DNA from: an uncultured Gammaproteobacteria bacterium
Lineage (GTDB): Bacteria > Patescibacteriota > Microgenomatia > Levybacterales > GWA1-39-11
Direction of reading: 5' to 3'
Assembly (NCBI GenBank): GCA_964427615.1
Contig: CAYRUR010000001.1
Span: forward strand, 50,425-114,424
Length of the DNA stretch: 64,000 nt
In this document: piece by piece, positions 10,490 through 20,737 of the stretch
How the letters are laid out: the number at the start of each line of letters is the position of its first letter
How positions within the stretch are numbered: position 1 is the stretch's first letter
Made by a program: the position numbers and the translations under genes
Notes under the pieces: model-generated
Told to the model about the DNA's origin: nothing
Databases searched by the model: none
What the model saw: the letters and a program-made list of their open reading frames with translations, nothing else

Positions 10490-11179
10490 TTATTGCCGGG
10501 AAGTTCTACGAGTAAGTATTTTTTCGACAATACAGAGCGTCACAAAGTACCAAATACCTCCTACCATACCGGCAATAACGTCACTTGCATAATGTACTCC
10601 CAGGTAGACTCTACTAAAGCTTACCAACAACACTAACGTACCAGCTCCTGCTAATACAACACCACTCACCAAACGATTACGAGTTGCACGTAAAATAAGA
10701 TACGCCACCAGGGCATAAAAAAGAACAGAGCTCATGGCATGACCAGAAGGGTAACTATACGTTTCTTCTAACACCATCCCTGCAAAAGGAGGGCGAGGAC
10801 GCTGGATAAGCAATTTCAGTAGGAGATTAAGCAAAACACCGCTTCCTACTACAAATGTTGCAAAAAGTGCTTCCCAAATTTGCCTTTTGTAAACAAGAAA
10901 AGCAAAAAATAAAACACCAAAAAAAACAATGAACTCTCTCCCAAAAAGGGTAATAAACAACATAATTTGAGTAAGAAAAGGCGTACGAACAGACGCTACC
11001 CAAGAAGAAACAACACTATCTACAAAAACAAATTCTCCTCGTGCAAAAAAAGCAGTCATCAAAATAAAAACAAAGAGAGAAAGTGTACTTATTCCAATTG
11101 CCATAATCATTTTTAGAGACAGCATTTTTTGGGCAATAACTAGGTGAGTTTTTGACGGAAGTTTTTTTCCTATTTTCAT
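10490..11179 (-). CDS. PAP2-family phosphatase
   Basis: KLLIQRPRP, SYPSGH and SRVYLGVHYASDV motifs; start uncertain. Confidence 0.9.
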   Translation of the reverse strand: MKIGKKLPSKTHLVIAQKMLSLKMIMAIGISTLSLFVFILMTAFFARGEFVFVDSVVSSWVASVRTPFLTQIMLFITLFGREFIVFFGVLFFAFLVYKRQIWEALFATFVVGSGVLLNLLLKLLIQRPRPPFAGMVLEETYSYPSGHAMSSVLFYALVAYLILRATRNRLVSGVVLAGAGTLVLLVSFSRVYLGVHYASDVIAGMVGGIWYFVTLCIVEKILTRRTSRQ

Positions 11180-11249
11180 AATACGTAAGATTATTATACG
11201 CAATGTACTATTGAATTTTAAAACCAAGTGTTTTATGCTAGGACTAATC

Positions 11250-12311
11250 ATGATTAACGTTGCCATAAATGGATACGGCAGAATCGGAAGAGTAGCACAC
11301 CGGATTATTATTGAAAAACACAGTGATGCTATTAACATTGTTGCCATTAATGCCGGAAGAAGCACTGATTTACAAGGTTGGATGTACCTCCTACAGTATG
11401 ATACTGTCTATGGACCTCTTCAAGGACATAATTTTAAGGTAAAAGAAATTGAAAACCCAGAGAACACTCCTGGAAAACCCATGGGATATCTGATAATTGA
11501 TGATCAAGAAATTCCTGTGTTCTCCGAAAAAGAGATCGCCAATCTTCCTTGGAAAGATTTAAAAGTAGATGCTGTTATTGAATCAACAGGTGCATTTTTA
11601 AAACACGAAGATCTTATTAAACACATGCATGCAGGAGCAAAATCAGTAGTTCTTTCTGCTCCTTACAAAGGAGATACACACATCCCAACGTATGTCTTAG
11701 GCGTAAATTTAGAAAAAACAAAAGGAGATGTTGAAACCATAGTCAGTAACGCTTCATGTACGACCAACTGCATAACACCTGTGGCTCAAATTATAGAACA
11801 GCACTTTGGCATTGAAAAAGCCATGATGACGACCATTCACGGGTATACATCAGATCAAAGAATTCATGATGGAGGGCACAAAGATTATCGACGAGCCAGA
11901 GCAGCAGCGCAAAATATTATTCCTACCTCAACAGGGGCTACCAAAGCTGCTTCGGAGGCAATTCCCAAATTAAAAGGCATCTTTGAAGGACTAGCTATTA
12001 GAGTTCCTGTACCTACTGGCTCTCTTTCTGATTTTACGTTTTTAGTAAAAAGAGATACTACTGTAGAAGAGATCAACCAAGTCCTTACAGATGCTTCCAA
12101 AGAAGAACGATTCAAAGGCATTTTTGCGGTGACCACAGACCCCATTGTCTCCTCAGACATCATCGGCAACTCACACTCATCTATTGCAGACCTTTCCTTA
12201 ACCCAAGTAGTAGGAGGAAATATGGTAAAAGTTATTGCTTGGTATGATAACGAGTATGGCTATACTAACCGACTCGTAGAAGAGACTCTTATTGTTGGTA
12301 ATAACCGCTAA
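11250..12311 (+). CDS. gap: Type I glyceraldehyde-3-phosphate dehydrogenase
   Basis: INGYGRIGR, SNASCTTNC and WYDNEYGY motifs. Confidence 0.96.
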   Translation: MINVAINGYGRIGRVAHRIIIEKHSDAINIVAINAGRSTDLQGWMYLLQYDTVYGPLQGHNFKVKEIENPENTPGKPMGYLIIDDQEIPVFSEKEIANLPWKDLKVDAVIESTGAFLKHEDLIKHMHAGAKSVVLSAPYKGDTHIPTYVLGVNLEKTKGDVETIVSNASCTTNCITPVAQIIEQHFGIEKAMMTTIHGYTSDQRIHDGGHKDYRRARAAAQNIIPTSTGATKAASEAIPKLKGIFEGLAIRVPVPTGSLSDFTFLVKRDTTVEEINQVLTDASKEERFKGIFAVTTDPIVSSDIIGNSHSSIADLSLTQVVGGNMVKVIAWYDNEYGYTNRLVEETLIVGNNR

Positions 12312-12316
12312 TCCCC

Positions 12317-12976
12317 ATGCAGCCATCTATTGAGCAGGAAATACACAATCAAAAGAAAAGAGGAGTGCTTTTAGTACTCACCGGTCCTACAGGAGCAGGA
12401 AAAGATGCTGTGTTGGAAAAACTACAAAGCAAAAATCCTTCTTTGGTGCGCATTGTAACCACTACAAGCCGTGAAAAAAGACCAGGAGAATCAGAAGGAA
12501 AGCCCTATCACTTTATTAATCGAGACCAATTTGAAAAAAAGATTGCTAATGGTGACTTTTTTGAGTGGGTAGAATTTCGCGGAAATCTATATGGAACAGA
12601 AAAAAAAGAACTGCATGAAGCACTCCAAAACGGACATGATGTAGCATGGAAAATAGAAGCAAAAGGAGTTAAAAACATCAAGCAAAAAGTAAAAGAGACC
12701 ATTCCTCGCTCAGTTTTTGTGTACCTCTCAGCCAACAGTATGCAAGTTCTGGAAAAAAGAGTACGAAAAGCTGAGGCAGAGCCCGATAAACGCTGGAATC
12801 CTTCTCTGGTCTCCTGGGAAATGGAACAATTTACTGATTCTGAGTATTTGGTAATCAATGAAGAAAATGAGCTGGAGAAAACAGTGGAAAAAGTACACGC
12901 AATTATGGAAGCTAAAAGACTGGAAACTACTACTCAGCGAGAAAAAGAAGGAAATGGTGTGATAGCAGGAGAGTAA
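12317..12976 (+). CDS. gmk: Guanylate kinase
   Basis: GPTGAGKD, TTSREKRPGE..GKPYHF and GNLYGT motifs. Confidence 0.92.
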   Translation: MQPSIEQEIHNQKKRGVLLVLTGPTGAGKDAVLEKLQSKNPSLVRIVTTTSREKRPGESEGKPYHFINRDQFEKKIANGDFFEWVEFRGNLYGTEKKELHEALQNGHDVAWKIEAKGVKNIKQKVKETIPRSVFVYLSANSMQVLEKRVRKAEAEPDKRWNPSLVSWEMEQFTDSEYLVINEENELEKTVEKVHAIMEAKRLETTTQREKEGNGVIAGE

Positions 12977-15300
12977 TTACAGCGATTTGCAGGTACCGTC
13001 CCTTTTATAAAATACATCTCCCTCCCAAAACAATGTTGCTTTACCACATCAGAAGGGATTTCTACTTTTTCCTGACTACCTTCTATTAACTGACTGATGA
13101 TATCGTGCCACATAGGAGCAGCACCCGTAATACCCGATGCTAAAGCCTGGCTCATAGGAGAGTTATCATTGTTACCTACCCAGGTCGCTACTACATAAGA
13201 AGGTGTGTAGCCAATTGTCCAGTTATCTCTTTTGTTATCACTAGTGCCTGTTTTGACTGATACTCGATGTTCTGGAATATGTAAAGGAGAGTTAGTACCA
13301 AACTCAATACTGCGAGCATTATTGTCAGCTAAGATATCTGAAATAATAAAAGAAACTCCAGGACTTAACACCTCTTTTTTCTTTCCTTCCTTCTTATACA
13401 GTAATTTTCCATGTGCATTTCTCACCTCCAAAATTGGATCAAGATCTACACGAGTACCATGATTGGCTAATGTCCCAAAAACTGTTGCCATATCAAGCAT
13501 AGTTGCTTCACCACTTCCTAGAGTAATAGCTAGACCATATTTGTTGGCATTTCCCCAACTAGACACTCCCATTTCCTTTCCCAGTTTTACCATTTTTTCA
13601 ACTCCATATTGTTGTGTGAGACGTACTGCTGGAATATTGAATGAATTGGCTAAAGCAATACGTAACGGAACTCTGCCATGAAACCTGCCATCATAATTCA
13701 CAGGGGCATACACAGATCCATCTGGATTTACAATAGAAAAAGGAGTATCATCCACCAAACTTGCTTCAGTCATACCTGACGAGAGAGCAAGAGCATAGGT
13801 AATAACTTTCACCGTTGATCCTGGTTGACGCAACGCCGTGGTTAAGTTTACATTTCCCTCGTGTTCTTCATCAAAATAATTTCTACTGCCAACCATGGCT
13901 AAGATATCTCCTGTTTTAGGATTCGTTACCACTGCTGCGCCATTATGTAAATTTAAGTGTTCGTTTGCCTCAACATGTTGAGTAACTTTTTCTTGTGTTT
14001 TCTCCTGTACTGATAGGTCAAGAGTAGTAATAACCTGTAATCCTCCGTGCTCTACCTCTGAAAGTCCATACTTTTCTACCAGTAAATTTTTAACATACAT
14101 CACAAAGTGAGGAGCTTTAAGCGGAATAGCAGGTTTTTGAAAAGTAAGCTCCTCAGCATAGGCTATTTTTGCTTGCTCTTGGCTAATGTACCCTTGTCTC
14201 ACCATCGCATCAAGCACATCTTTTTGCCGCACTTTCCACGTACCTTTCACCCCACTATATGGAGAGTAAATACTCGGAGCACGAGGGAGTCCTGCTAAAA
14301 ATGCTGCTTCAGCCAAAGTCAAATCCGAGACATCTTTACCAAAATAAACTTCGCTCGCCGACTGCACTCCCCAGGCTGTCCCTCCATAAGGAACATAATT
14401 AAAGTACATCTCAAGAATCTGATCTTTGGTATATACCCGTTCTGCCCAAAAAGCTAAGACTACTTCTTTGACCTTACGAATAATCGTAGGCTCTGGGGTG
14501 AGAAAAGCTGATTTAATAAGCTGTTGGGTAATCGTAGACCCTCCCTGAAAACCTTCTTGCTTGAGATCTACGAGAGCTGCCCGTGCAATCCCTCGAATAT
14601 CAAAGCCTGGGTGGGTATAGAAATCTTTGTCCTCAATCGCAATCGTTGCGTGTTGTAAGCTCTTGGGAATGTGCTGAAGTTTTACCACTGTTCTATTTTG
14701 ATTAGCGTAAATTTCATAGAGCAAGTTGCCATTTCTGTCATAGAGTTTAGTAGTCTGGGGGATATAGTTGAGAGACAAATTATCAGGATTGGGTAATTCA
14801 GTTACAAAAAAATAAAACAAAAGGGGAGCAAACACAAAAACAAAAGAAAGAAAAGAACCTAATAGGACATACTTTGCTTTATAAAAAAATGAAGGACGAT
14901 ATAAACCTTTTCTGCTAGGACGACCTCTTTTTTTCTTTTTTTTAAAAGAAAATATTCCCCCAATGAAAGCTAGACTTCTTCTTACCCCATCCACTATTTT
15001 TTTAGGTATCTGCATAATAAATAAAAGAAAAGAGGTACATGACGACGAAATTTTCTGCAATACCTGCAAGGTAATCACAAAACCCTTAGGTTTTCTTGTA
15101 GTAGAGACGTAGAGATCTTTTTTCCGAGCGATTCCTTTTTTCTTTTTTTTAAAAGGAAAAAAGAAGGCATAGAACTGAGAAATTGACAATTGAATTTGGT
15201 GATAAAAAAAAGAAATTTTTTGCAGAATGAAAATAATGGCATCACCAATTTTTATAAAAAAAAGTAATATGTAAAAAAAAAGATAGCGCAACACACTCAT
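12934..15300 (-). CDS. Class A penicillin-binding protein with long basic N-terminal extension
   Basis: EDKDFYTHPG, GGSTITQQLIK, STVK, SFN and KTGT motifs. Confidence 0.92.
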   Translation of the reverse strand: MSVLRYLFFYILLFFIKIGDAIIFILQKISFFYHQIQLSISQFYAFFFPFKKKKKGIARKKDLYVSTTRKPKGFVITLQVLQKISSSCTSFLLFIMQIPKKIVDGVRRSLAFIGGIFSFKKKKKRGRPSRKGLYRPSFFYKAKYVLLGSFLSFVFVFAPLLFYFFVTELPNPDNLSLNYIPQTTKLYDRNGNLLYEIYANQNRTVVKLQHIPKSLQHATIAIEDKDFYTHPGFDIRGIARAALVDLKQEGFQGGSTITQQLIKSAFLTPEPTIIRKVKEVVLAFWAERVYTKDQILEMYFNYVPYGGTAWGVQSASEVYFGKDVSDLTLAEAAFLAGLPRAPSIYSPYSGVKGTWKVRQKDVLDAMVRQGYISQEQAKIAYAEELTFQKPAIPLKAPHFVMYVKNLLVEKYGLSEVEHGGLQVITTLDLSVQEKTQEKVTQHVEANEHLNLHNGAAVVTNPKTGDILAMVGSRNYFDEEHEGNVNLTTALRQPGSTVKVITYALALSSGMTEASLVDDTPFSIVNPDGSVYAPVNYDGRFHGRVPLRIALANSFNIPAVRLTQQYGVEKMVKLGKEMGVSSWGNANKYGLAITLGSGEATMLDMATVFGTLANHGTRVDLDPILEVRNAHGKLLYKKEGKKKEVLSPGVSFIISDILADNNARSIEFGTNSPLHIPEHRVSVKTGTSDNKRDNWTIGYTPSYVVATWVGNNDNSPMSQALASGITGAAPMWHDIISQLIEGSQEKVEIPSDVVKQHCFGREMYFIKGTVPANRCNYSPAITPFPSFSR

Positions 15301-15452
15301 AGTACAAATCGGCAGGGGACAATTAAAGGGAATTGTAACACAAATAGAATAAAACTAAAAGCATAATTTATGCTATAACACGACTCAGAGTAATAGCATT
15401 TTTTTACTCACCTTTTCTTTTTTTTAGAACTCCGGTACAATGAACAGTATCC

Positions 15453-16454
15453 ATGAATGCACTCGTTATTGGATCAGCAAATATTGACCTTTTTTTAAAA
15501 ACGAAAAGCTCCTCTCATACTGAAATAAATCAAGAAAAGGTTACGCTTACCCTAGGAGATAAAATTCCTATAGATGTGAATAATATGTCTTTAGGCGGAA
15601 ATGGAGCGAATGTCTCAGTAGGACTGGCTAGGCTTGGCATACCTACTCAGTTTTTTACTTACTTAGGTAATGATATTCTCTCACTTGAGATTAAAGAAAA
15701 AATCAAGAAAGAAGGCGTGCAACTCATTACAGAAGAAGCACAAGAAAACAACACCTCTTTTTCTCTTATTTTCCAGTTTGATGATGACAGAATTATTTTT
15801 TCTCACCATCCAGTTCAAGACCATGACTTTACCTACCAACCAAGCGAAGCAATTGATTTTGTATACCTTACTTCTATTGGCAAAGAATGGAAAAAAGCCT
15901 ACCAAAAAGTGCTGCAGTTCATCCAAGCACACCATACCCATTTTGCTTTCTCTCCTGGATCTCAACAATTAGGTAACATGGATGATCTTTTTTTTGAGGT
16001 ACTAGCACATGCTGACAGTGTCTTTGTTAACAAAGAAGAAGCAGAGCGCATTTTAGCTCACCAACAGATTACTACTACCTCTATTGATCAAACTTTACAA
16101 GAGCTACAAAGGTTAGGTCCTAGTCTCGTCTCAGTTACTGATGGAGCCCGAGGAGCATATGCCAAACAAGGTAGCTCTGCCGCCTTGTTTATTGACGTAA
16201 TCCCCTTTATGGATCCGATTGAAAAAACAGGTGCAGGGGATGCCTATGCTTCAGGGTTTTCTGCTGCCTATTTGTATCAACTCCCAATTCCCCTCTGCAT
16301 GCAGTGGGGAATGCTGAATGCTCATGGCACTATGCAAGACATGGGAGCTCAAAATGGCATTTTTACCAAACAACAAATGGAAAAAATGATCACCGAAAAA
16401 GACATACCAGTTGCAACACCAATGCAAGAAGCACTATACTCAAAGAGCATATGA
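15453..16454 (+). CDS. PfkB-family carbohydrate kinase
   Basis: GGNGANVSVGLARLG, NKEEA and TGAGDAYASGF motifs. Confidence 0.9.
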   Translation: MNALVIGSANIDLFLKTKSSSHTEINQEKVTLTLGDKIPIDVNNMSLGGNGANVSVGLARLGIPTQFFTYLGNDILSLEIKEKIKKEGVQLITEEAQENNTSFSLIFQFDDDRIIFSHHPVQDHDFTYQPSEAIDFVYLTSIGKEWKKAYQKVLQFIQAHHTHFAFSPGSQQLGNMDDLFFEVLAHADSVFVNKEEAERILAHQQITTTSIDQTLQELQRLGPSLVSVTDGARGAYAKQGSSAALFIDVIPFMDPIEKTGAGDAYASGFSAAYLYQLPIPLCMQWGMLNAHGTMQDMGAQNGIFTKQQMEKMITEKDIPVATPMQEALYSKSI

Positions 16455-17320
16455 TGACACTTACGCAAATACACCACAAAGCAAAGGAAGAAAAATGGGC
16501 TGTTCCTCACTTTAATTTTGCAAGCCTCTCTCAACTCAAAGGGATTATTGCCGGAGCAACTCAAGTAAAGGCGCCTATTTTAGCAGGAGCCTCTGAAGGA
16601 GAAAGGAAATTTATGGGACCTGCTCAAGTTGTAGCTCTCATTAGAAGTTACCGCGAAGAGATGGGAATTCCTATTTACTTAAATGCTGACCACTCACACA
16701 GCGTGGAATCAGCTCTAGAAGCCTTTGAAGCAGGATTTGACTCCATTCACATTGACCTATCAAAAAAACCATTTGCCGAAAACCTTGAAGGAACAAAACG
16801 GGTAGTAGATTACATTAAATCCAAAAATCCTGCCGTAGAAGTAGAAGCAGAGTTGGGGTATCTGGCAACTGATTCTTCAAAAGTATATGACACGGTCATT
16901 GAAATTCCAGAAGATAGTTACACAAAAGTAGAACAGGCTATCGAATTTGTAGAAAAAACAGGTATTGATCGTTTTGCCCCTGCCATTGGTAATATTCATG
17001 GTATCGCAGCTAATAAACCTAAAATTAAATTTGATCTTATCAAACAGCTGCAAGAGGCCTTACCAAAAGATCTGACCTTTGTGCTACACGGCGGCTCAGG
17101 TATTGCAGATGAAGATCTACGCAAAATAGTTGAGATGGGCTTTAATAACGTGCATATTTCTACAGAACTGCGTGTAGCTTACACTCAAGGTTTACGCAAT
17201 GCATTAGAGCAAAATGAACAAGATATTGCTCCCTATAACTATTTGCAAAAAGCAGCTGATGCAGTTACCGAAGTGGTAATTAAAAAACTGGAAACATACC
17301 ACACAGTCAACGTACTATAA
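16451..17320 (+). CDS. fba: Class II fructose-bisphosphate aldolase
   Basis: LNADHS, VEAELG, IGNIHG and VLHGGSG motifs; ATGA overlap with pfkB. Confidence 0.92.
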   Translation: MMTLTQIHHKAKEEKWAVPHFNFASLSQLKGIIAGATQVKAPILAGASEGERKFMGPAQVVALIRSYREEMGIPIYLNADHSHSVESALEAFEAGFDSIHIDLSKKPFAENLEGTKRVVDYIKSKNPAVEVEAELGYLATDSSKVYDTVIEIPEDSYTKVEQAIEFVEKTGIDRFAPAIGNIHGIAANKPKIKFDLIKQLQEALPKDLTFVLHGGSGIADEDLRKIVEMGFNNVHISTELRVAYTQGLRNALEQNEQDIAPYNYLQKAADAVTEVVIKKLETYHTVNVL

Positions 17321-17325
17321 TCATC

Positions 17326-17775
17326 ATGAAAATTTACCTAGGAGCTGACCACCGAGGGTTTGAGCTAAAAAATCACATCAAAACAATTCTTACATCTCAG
17401 AATATATCCTACGAGGACCTAGGCAATACGGAATATGACCCACACGATGATTACCCAATATTTGCAGAGAGAGTCGCTAAAAAAGTAGCTGAAGAAAAAG
17501 AAGTGTTGGGGATTGTATTTTGCGGATCAGGAGCAGGAGTAGATATTACGGCTAATAAAATTGATGGTGTCCGTTCTGTACTTGCTATCTCACCAGAGCA
17601 GGTAGAAGCTGCCCGAAGAGATGATAAGGTGAATGTGCTTGCAATAGCCTCTGATTACACAGATACAGAGCAGGTGGAAAAAATAATTACCGCTTTTGCA
17701 AACACCCCTTATGAAGCAACTGCCAAACGAGAGAGAAGACTTGAACAAATTGAAACAATAGAATATGACAACTAA
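17326..17775 (+). CDS. rpiB: Ribose-5-phosphate isomerase B
   Basis: GADHRGFELK, DDYP and CGSGAG..ITANK motifs. Confidence 0.93.
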   Translation: MKIYLGADHRGFELKNHIKTILTSQNISYEDLGNTEYDPHDDYPIFAERVAKKVAEEKEVLGIVFCGSGAGVDITANKIDGVRSVLAISPEQVEAARRDDKVNVLAIASDYTDTEQVEKIITAFANTPYEATAKRERRLEQIETIEYDN

Positions 17776-18403
17776 TAAGATCATCCCTGCAATTCTGGAA
17801 TACAGCGAAGAGGCAATAGAGAGAAAAATACAAGAAGCCCTTACTTTTGCCACACATCTGCATATAGATATTATTGATGAGTCATTTGCTGAAAAAACCA
17901 CACTTCCTAACCCTTCGCTATTTACCCCATTTAAAGATCTGGCGTTCTTAGAGCTACATATGATGGTAAAAGATCCAAAAAGTCTTTTAAAGGCCTATTC
18001 TGACGCGGGATTTAAGCGTTTTTTAGGGCACATTGAGACTCTTGCTGACCCTACCTCTTTTATTGAAGAAACACACGATTTTGAAAAAGAAGCTTTTATT
18101 GCCATTGACCTCCCTACCCCTATTGAAAAGGTCTACTTACCCCTCCTTCCAGACGGCATAACCATTATGGGAGTAAAAGCCGGTGCTTCAGGGCAACCTT
18201 TTACTGAAAGCATATATGAGAAAATCAGAACAGCCAAAAGACAATTTCCATACCTACCACTGGAAATTGATGGGGGAGTAAATAGTGCCACTATCCAAAA
18301 AGCACACCAGTGTGGAGCCTCTGCCTTTGTAGCCTCAAGTGCTATTTTTACAACCTCTTCTCCTACGGAAGCATTTAGGCAACTGCACCAACTATTAAGT
18401 TAA
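17765..18403 (+). CDS. rpe: Ribulose-phosphate 3-epimerase
   Basis: HIDIID, ELHMMV, GASGQPF and EIDGGVN motifs. Confidence 0.9.
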   Translation: MTTNKIIPAILEYSEEAIERKIQEALTFATHLHIDIIDESFAEKTTLPNPSLFTPFKDLAFLELHMMVKDPKSLLKAYSDAGFKRFLGHIETLADPTSFIEETHDFEKEAFIAIDLPTPIEKVYLPLLPDGITIMGVKAGASGQPFTESIYEKIRTAKRQFPYLPLEIDGGVNSATIQKAHQCGASAFVASSAIFTTSSPTEAFRQLHQLLS

Positions 18404-20727
18404 GAGAAAATATCTCTTAAAAATGGGTTCATCATAATAAGTACCTGCAAAAGTAAAACCATAATAATAGAGGCAAATAAAAATTTATTAATTGGGAAAA
18501 AAGTGCCTCGAGCCACAAAAACTATAATCATCTCACCTACTACCAAACTATTAAACAAAATTAATTGTGCCGTACTTACTGAAAAAAACTGCAAAGCCAA
18601 AACATATATTCCAATTAAAACAAGCGAGAATGGAATCGTGATGGCTGCAATAAGACGCATTCTGGAACCATTTAAAATATGTTCTGAAACATTACGAGGG
18701 GTGCGTGATAAGAGACCATTTTTACGTGAATCAGTAGCCAGAGCCAGAGCAGGAAGCCCATCAGAGATCAGGTTTACATATAAAATTTGAACGGGTAGAA
18801 GAGGAATGGGCAAACCAAGCAACACGCCTAGAAAAATCACCAAAAACTCAGAAGCATTAGAAGAAAACAAAAAAACAACTACACGGGTAATGTTATCAAA
18901 AATACCTCTTCCTTCCTCGACAGCTTTAATAACCGTGCTTAAATTATCATCGGTAATTACCATGTCTGCTGCTTCTTTGGCTACATCTGTGCCTGTGTCC
19001 CCCATAGCTACACCAATATGCGCCTCTGACAAAGCAAGCGCATCATTGACTCCATCTCCGGTAACCGCTACCACAAAACCAGCTTGACGATACAAACGTA
19101 CGAGACGTAGCTTGTCCTGAGGTCTCATCCTGGCAAAAACACGAACAGTTGGCAACATCCGTAAGAGTTCCTCATCTGTTTGCTTGGCCACATCTTCGGT
19201 AGTCAGCACTACCTCACCTGGTTCAATTAACCCAATCTCCTGTGCAATTTTCAGTGCCGTAACAGGACCATCACCGGTTACCATAACCACTCGAATACCA
19301 GCTTTGCGCGCTTGTTGCAGTGTTTTTTTTGCTTCTTCCCGAGGTGGATCGTAAATAGCCAGCAGTCCTAAAAAGATATAATCTGGCTCATCTCCATTTT
19401 TGTAAGCAAAAGCAACTACTCGTAACCCTTCAGCAGCAAGTTCTGCTACTTTTTTCTCTATTTTTTCACATTCCTTGTGAGAAATAAGTTTTAAAACACT
19501 CTCAGCTGCACCTCGTACAAAGTGGTACCGTTGACCATCCTGTTCCCACTCAACCTCTATCATTTTTTTCTCAGAATCAAACGGTTTTTCTCGAATAATC
19601 CTTCCTTCATCACGAAAGTGGTCTAAATCTCTTACCTCTCCTCTCACAAAAAGAAGAAAGGCACCATCTGTTTTGTCCCCTAGAGTATCAACTCCCTGCT
19701 CATTTTCTTTTAAAATCAAACTTGCAGTATTACCCAATACAGCTGCACGCAATAACAAAGGCTTATTTTTAAGATCTGGAATCCACTGTTTTTTTACAGT
19801 CATTCGGTTTTGGGTAAGCGTACCAGTCTTATCAGACAATACGACACTCGTTGAGCCAAGTGTTTCAATGGAATTCATCTTGCGTACAATGGCTTTACTT
19901 TTAGCCATACGATACGCTCCTACAGCAAGGGCAACGGTTACAACCAATGGTAATCCTTCAGGAATCACTGCGACAGCAAGACTTATCACTGTAATCAACA
20001 GATTTTCAATACTTCTTCCCTGTAAAAAGCCAATTGGTATTAAGATTACTGATAAGCCCAAAGCAATAAAAGCAAGTCGTTTACCTAAGGTATCCAGGTT
20101 TTGAGCAAGCGGAGTAGGAGGCCGTTTTATACCCTTCATTTCTGAGGCAATTTGCCCTAACTTTGTGTTCATACCTGTTGCCGTAACCTGCATATACCCT
20201 CGTCCTTGCAGGATAAAAGTACCTGAATAAATAGTGTCAGACTTCTTCCTTTCAACAGGCAAAGATTCTCCAGTAAGAACTGATTCATCTATCTGTAAAG
20301 GAATGTTTTCAAGCAGCATACCATCAGCTAGAATTCTATCTCCTTCACGCAGCACCACAATATCACCTGGCACCAACAAAGAAGCTTCTATTTCCTGCTC
20401 TTTACCCCCACGTACTACTTGTACAGAAGGAAGGATCAGCTTTTTTAGTTTTTCTAATGCTTTTTCTGCTCTATATTCCTGAACAAACCCAAAAAGACCA
20501 TTTAACATTACAACTAAAAAAATAAAACCTGCGTCCACAAATTCTTGTAAAGCAAGTGCAAAAAGAGCGGCAATAAATAAAATAAAGGTAATAACATTGG
20601 TATATTGAGCTAAAAGAAGCTGCATGAGTGAAACTTCTTTCTTTTGCTCAATGCTGTTTTTACCGTACTGCTCAAAGAGTTTTTTTACCTGGGAAGCAGA
20701 AAGGCCTGTGTATTTGGTGGAATTCAT
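18400..20727 (-). CDS. Cation-transporting P-type ATPase (type IIA-like)
   Basis: TGES, IPEGLP, DKTGTLT, MVTGD and TGDGVND motifs. Confidence 0.93.
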   Translation of the reverse strand: MNSTKYTGLSASQVKKLFEQYGKNSIEQKKEVSLMQLLLAQYTNVITFILFIAALFALALQEFVDAGFIFLVVMLNGLFGFVQEYRAEKALEKLKKLILPSVQVVRGGKEQEIEASLLVPGDIVVLREGDRILADGMLLENIPLQIDESVLTGESLPVERKKSDTIYSGTFILQGRGYMQVTATGMNTKLGQIASEMKGIKRPPTPLAQNLDTLGKRLAFIALGLSVILIPIGFLQGRSIENLLITVISLAVAVIPEGLPLVVTVALAVGAYRMAKSKAIVRKMNSIETLGSTSVVLSDKTGTLTQNRMTVKKQWIPDLKNKPLLLRAAVLGNTASLILKENEQGVDTLGDKTDGAFLLFVRGEVRDLDHFRDEGRIIREKPFDSEKKMIEVEWEQDGQRYHFVRGAAESVLKLISHKECEKIEKKVAELAAEGLRVVAFAYKNGDEPDYIFLGLLAIYDPPREEAKKTLQQARKAGIRVVMVTGDGPVTALKIAQEIGLIEPGEVVLTTEDVAKQTDEELLRMLPTVRVFARMRPQDKLRLVRLYRQAGFVVAVTGDGVNDALALSEAHIGVAMGDTGTDVAKEAADMVITDDNLSTVIKAVEEGRGIFDNITRVVVFLFSSNASEFLVIFLGVLLGLPIPLLPVQILYVNLISDGLPALALATDSRKNGLLSRTPRNVSEHILNGSRMRLIAAITIPFSLVLIGIYVLALQFFSVSTAQLILFNSLVVGEMIIVFVARGTFFPINKFLFASIIMVLLLQVLIMMNPFLRDIFS

Positions 20728-20737
20728 ACCTATCTAC

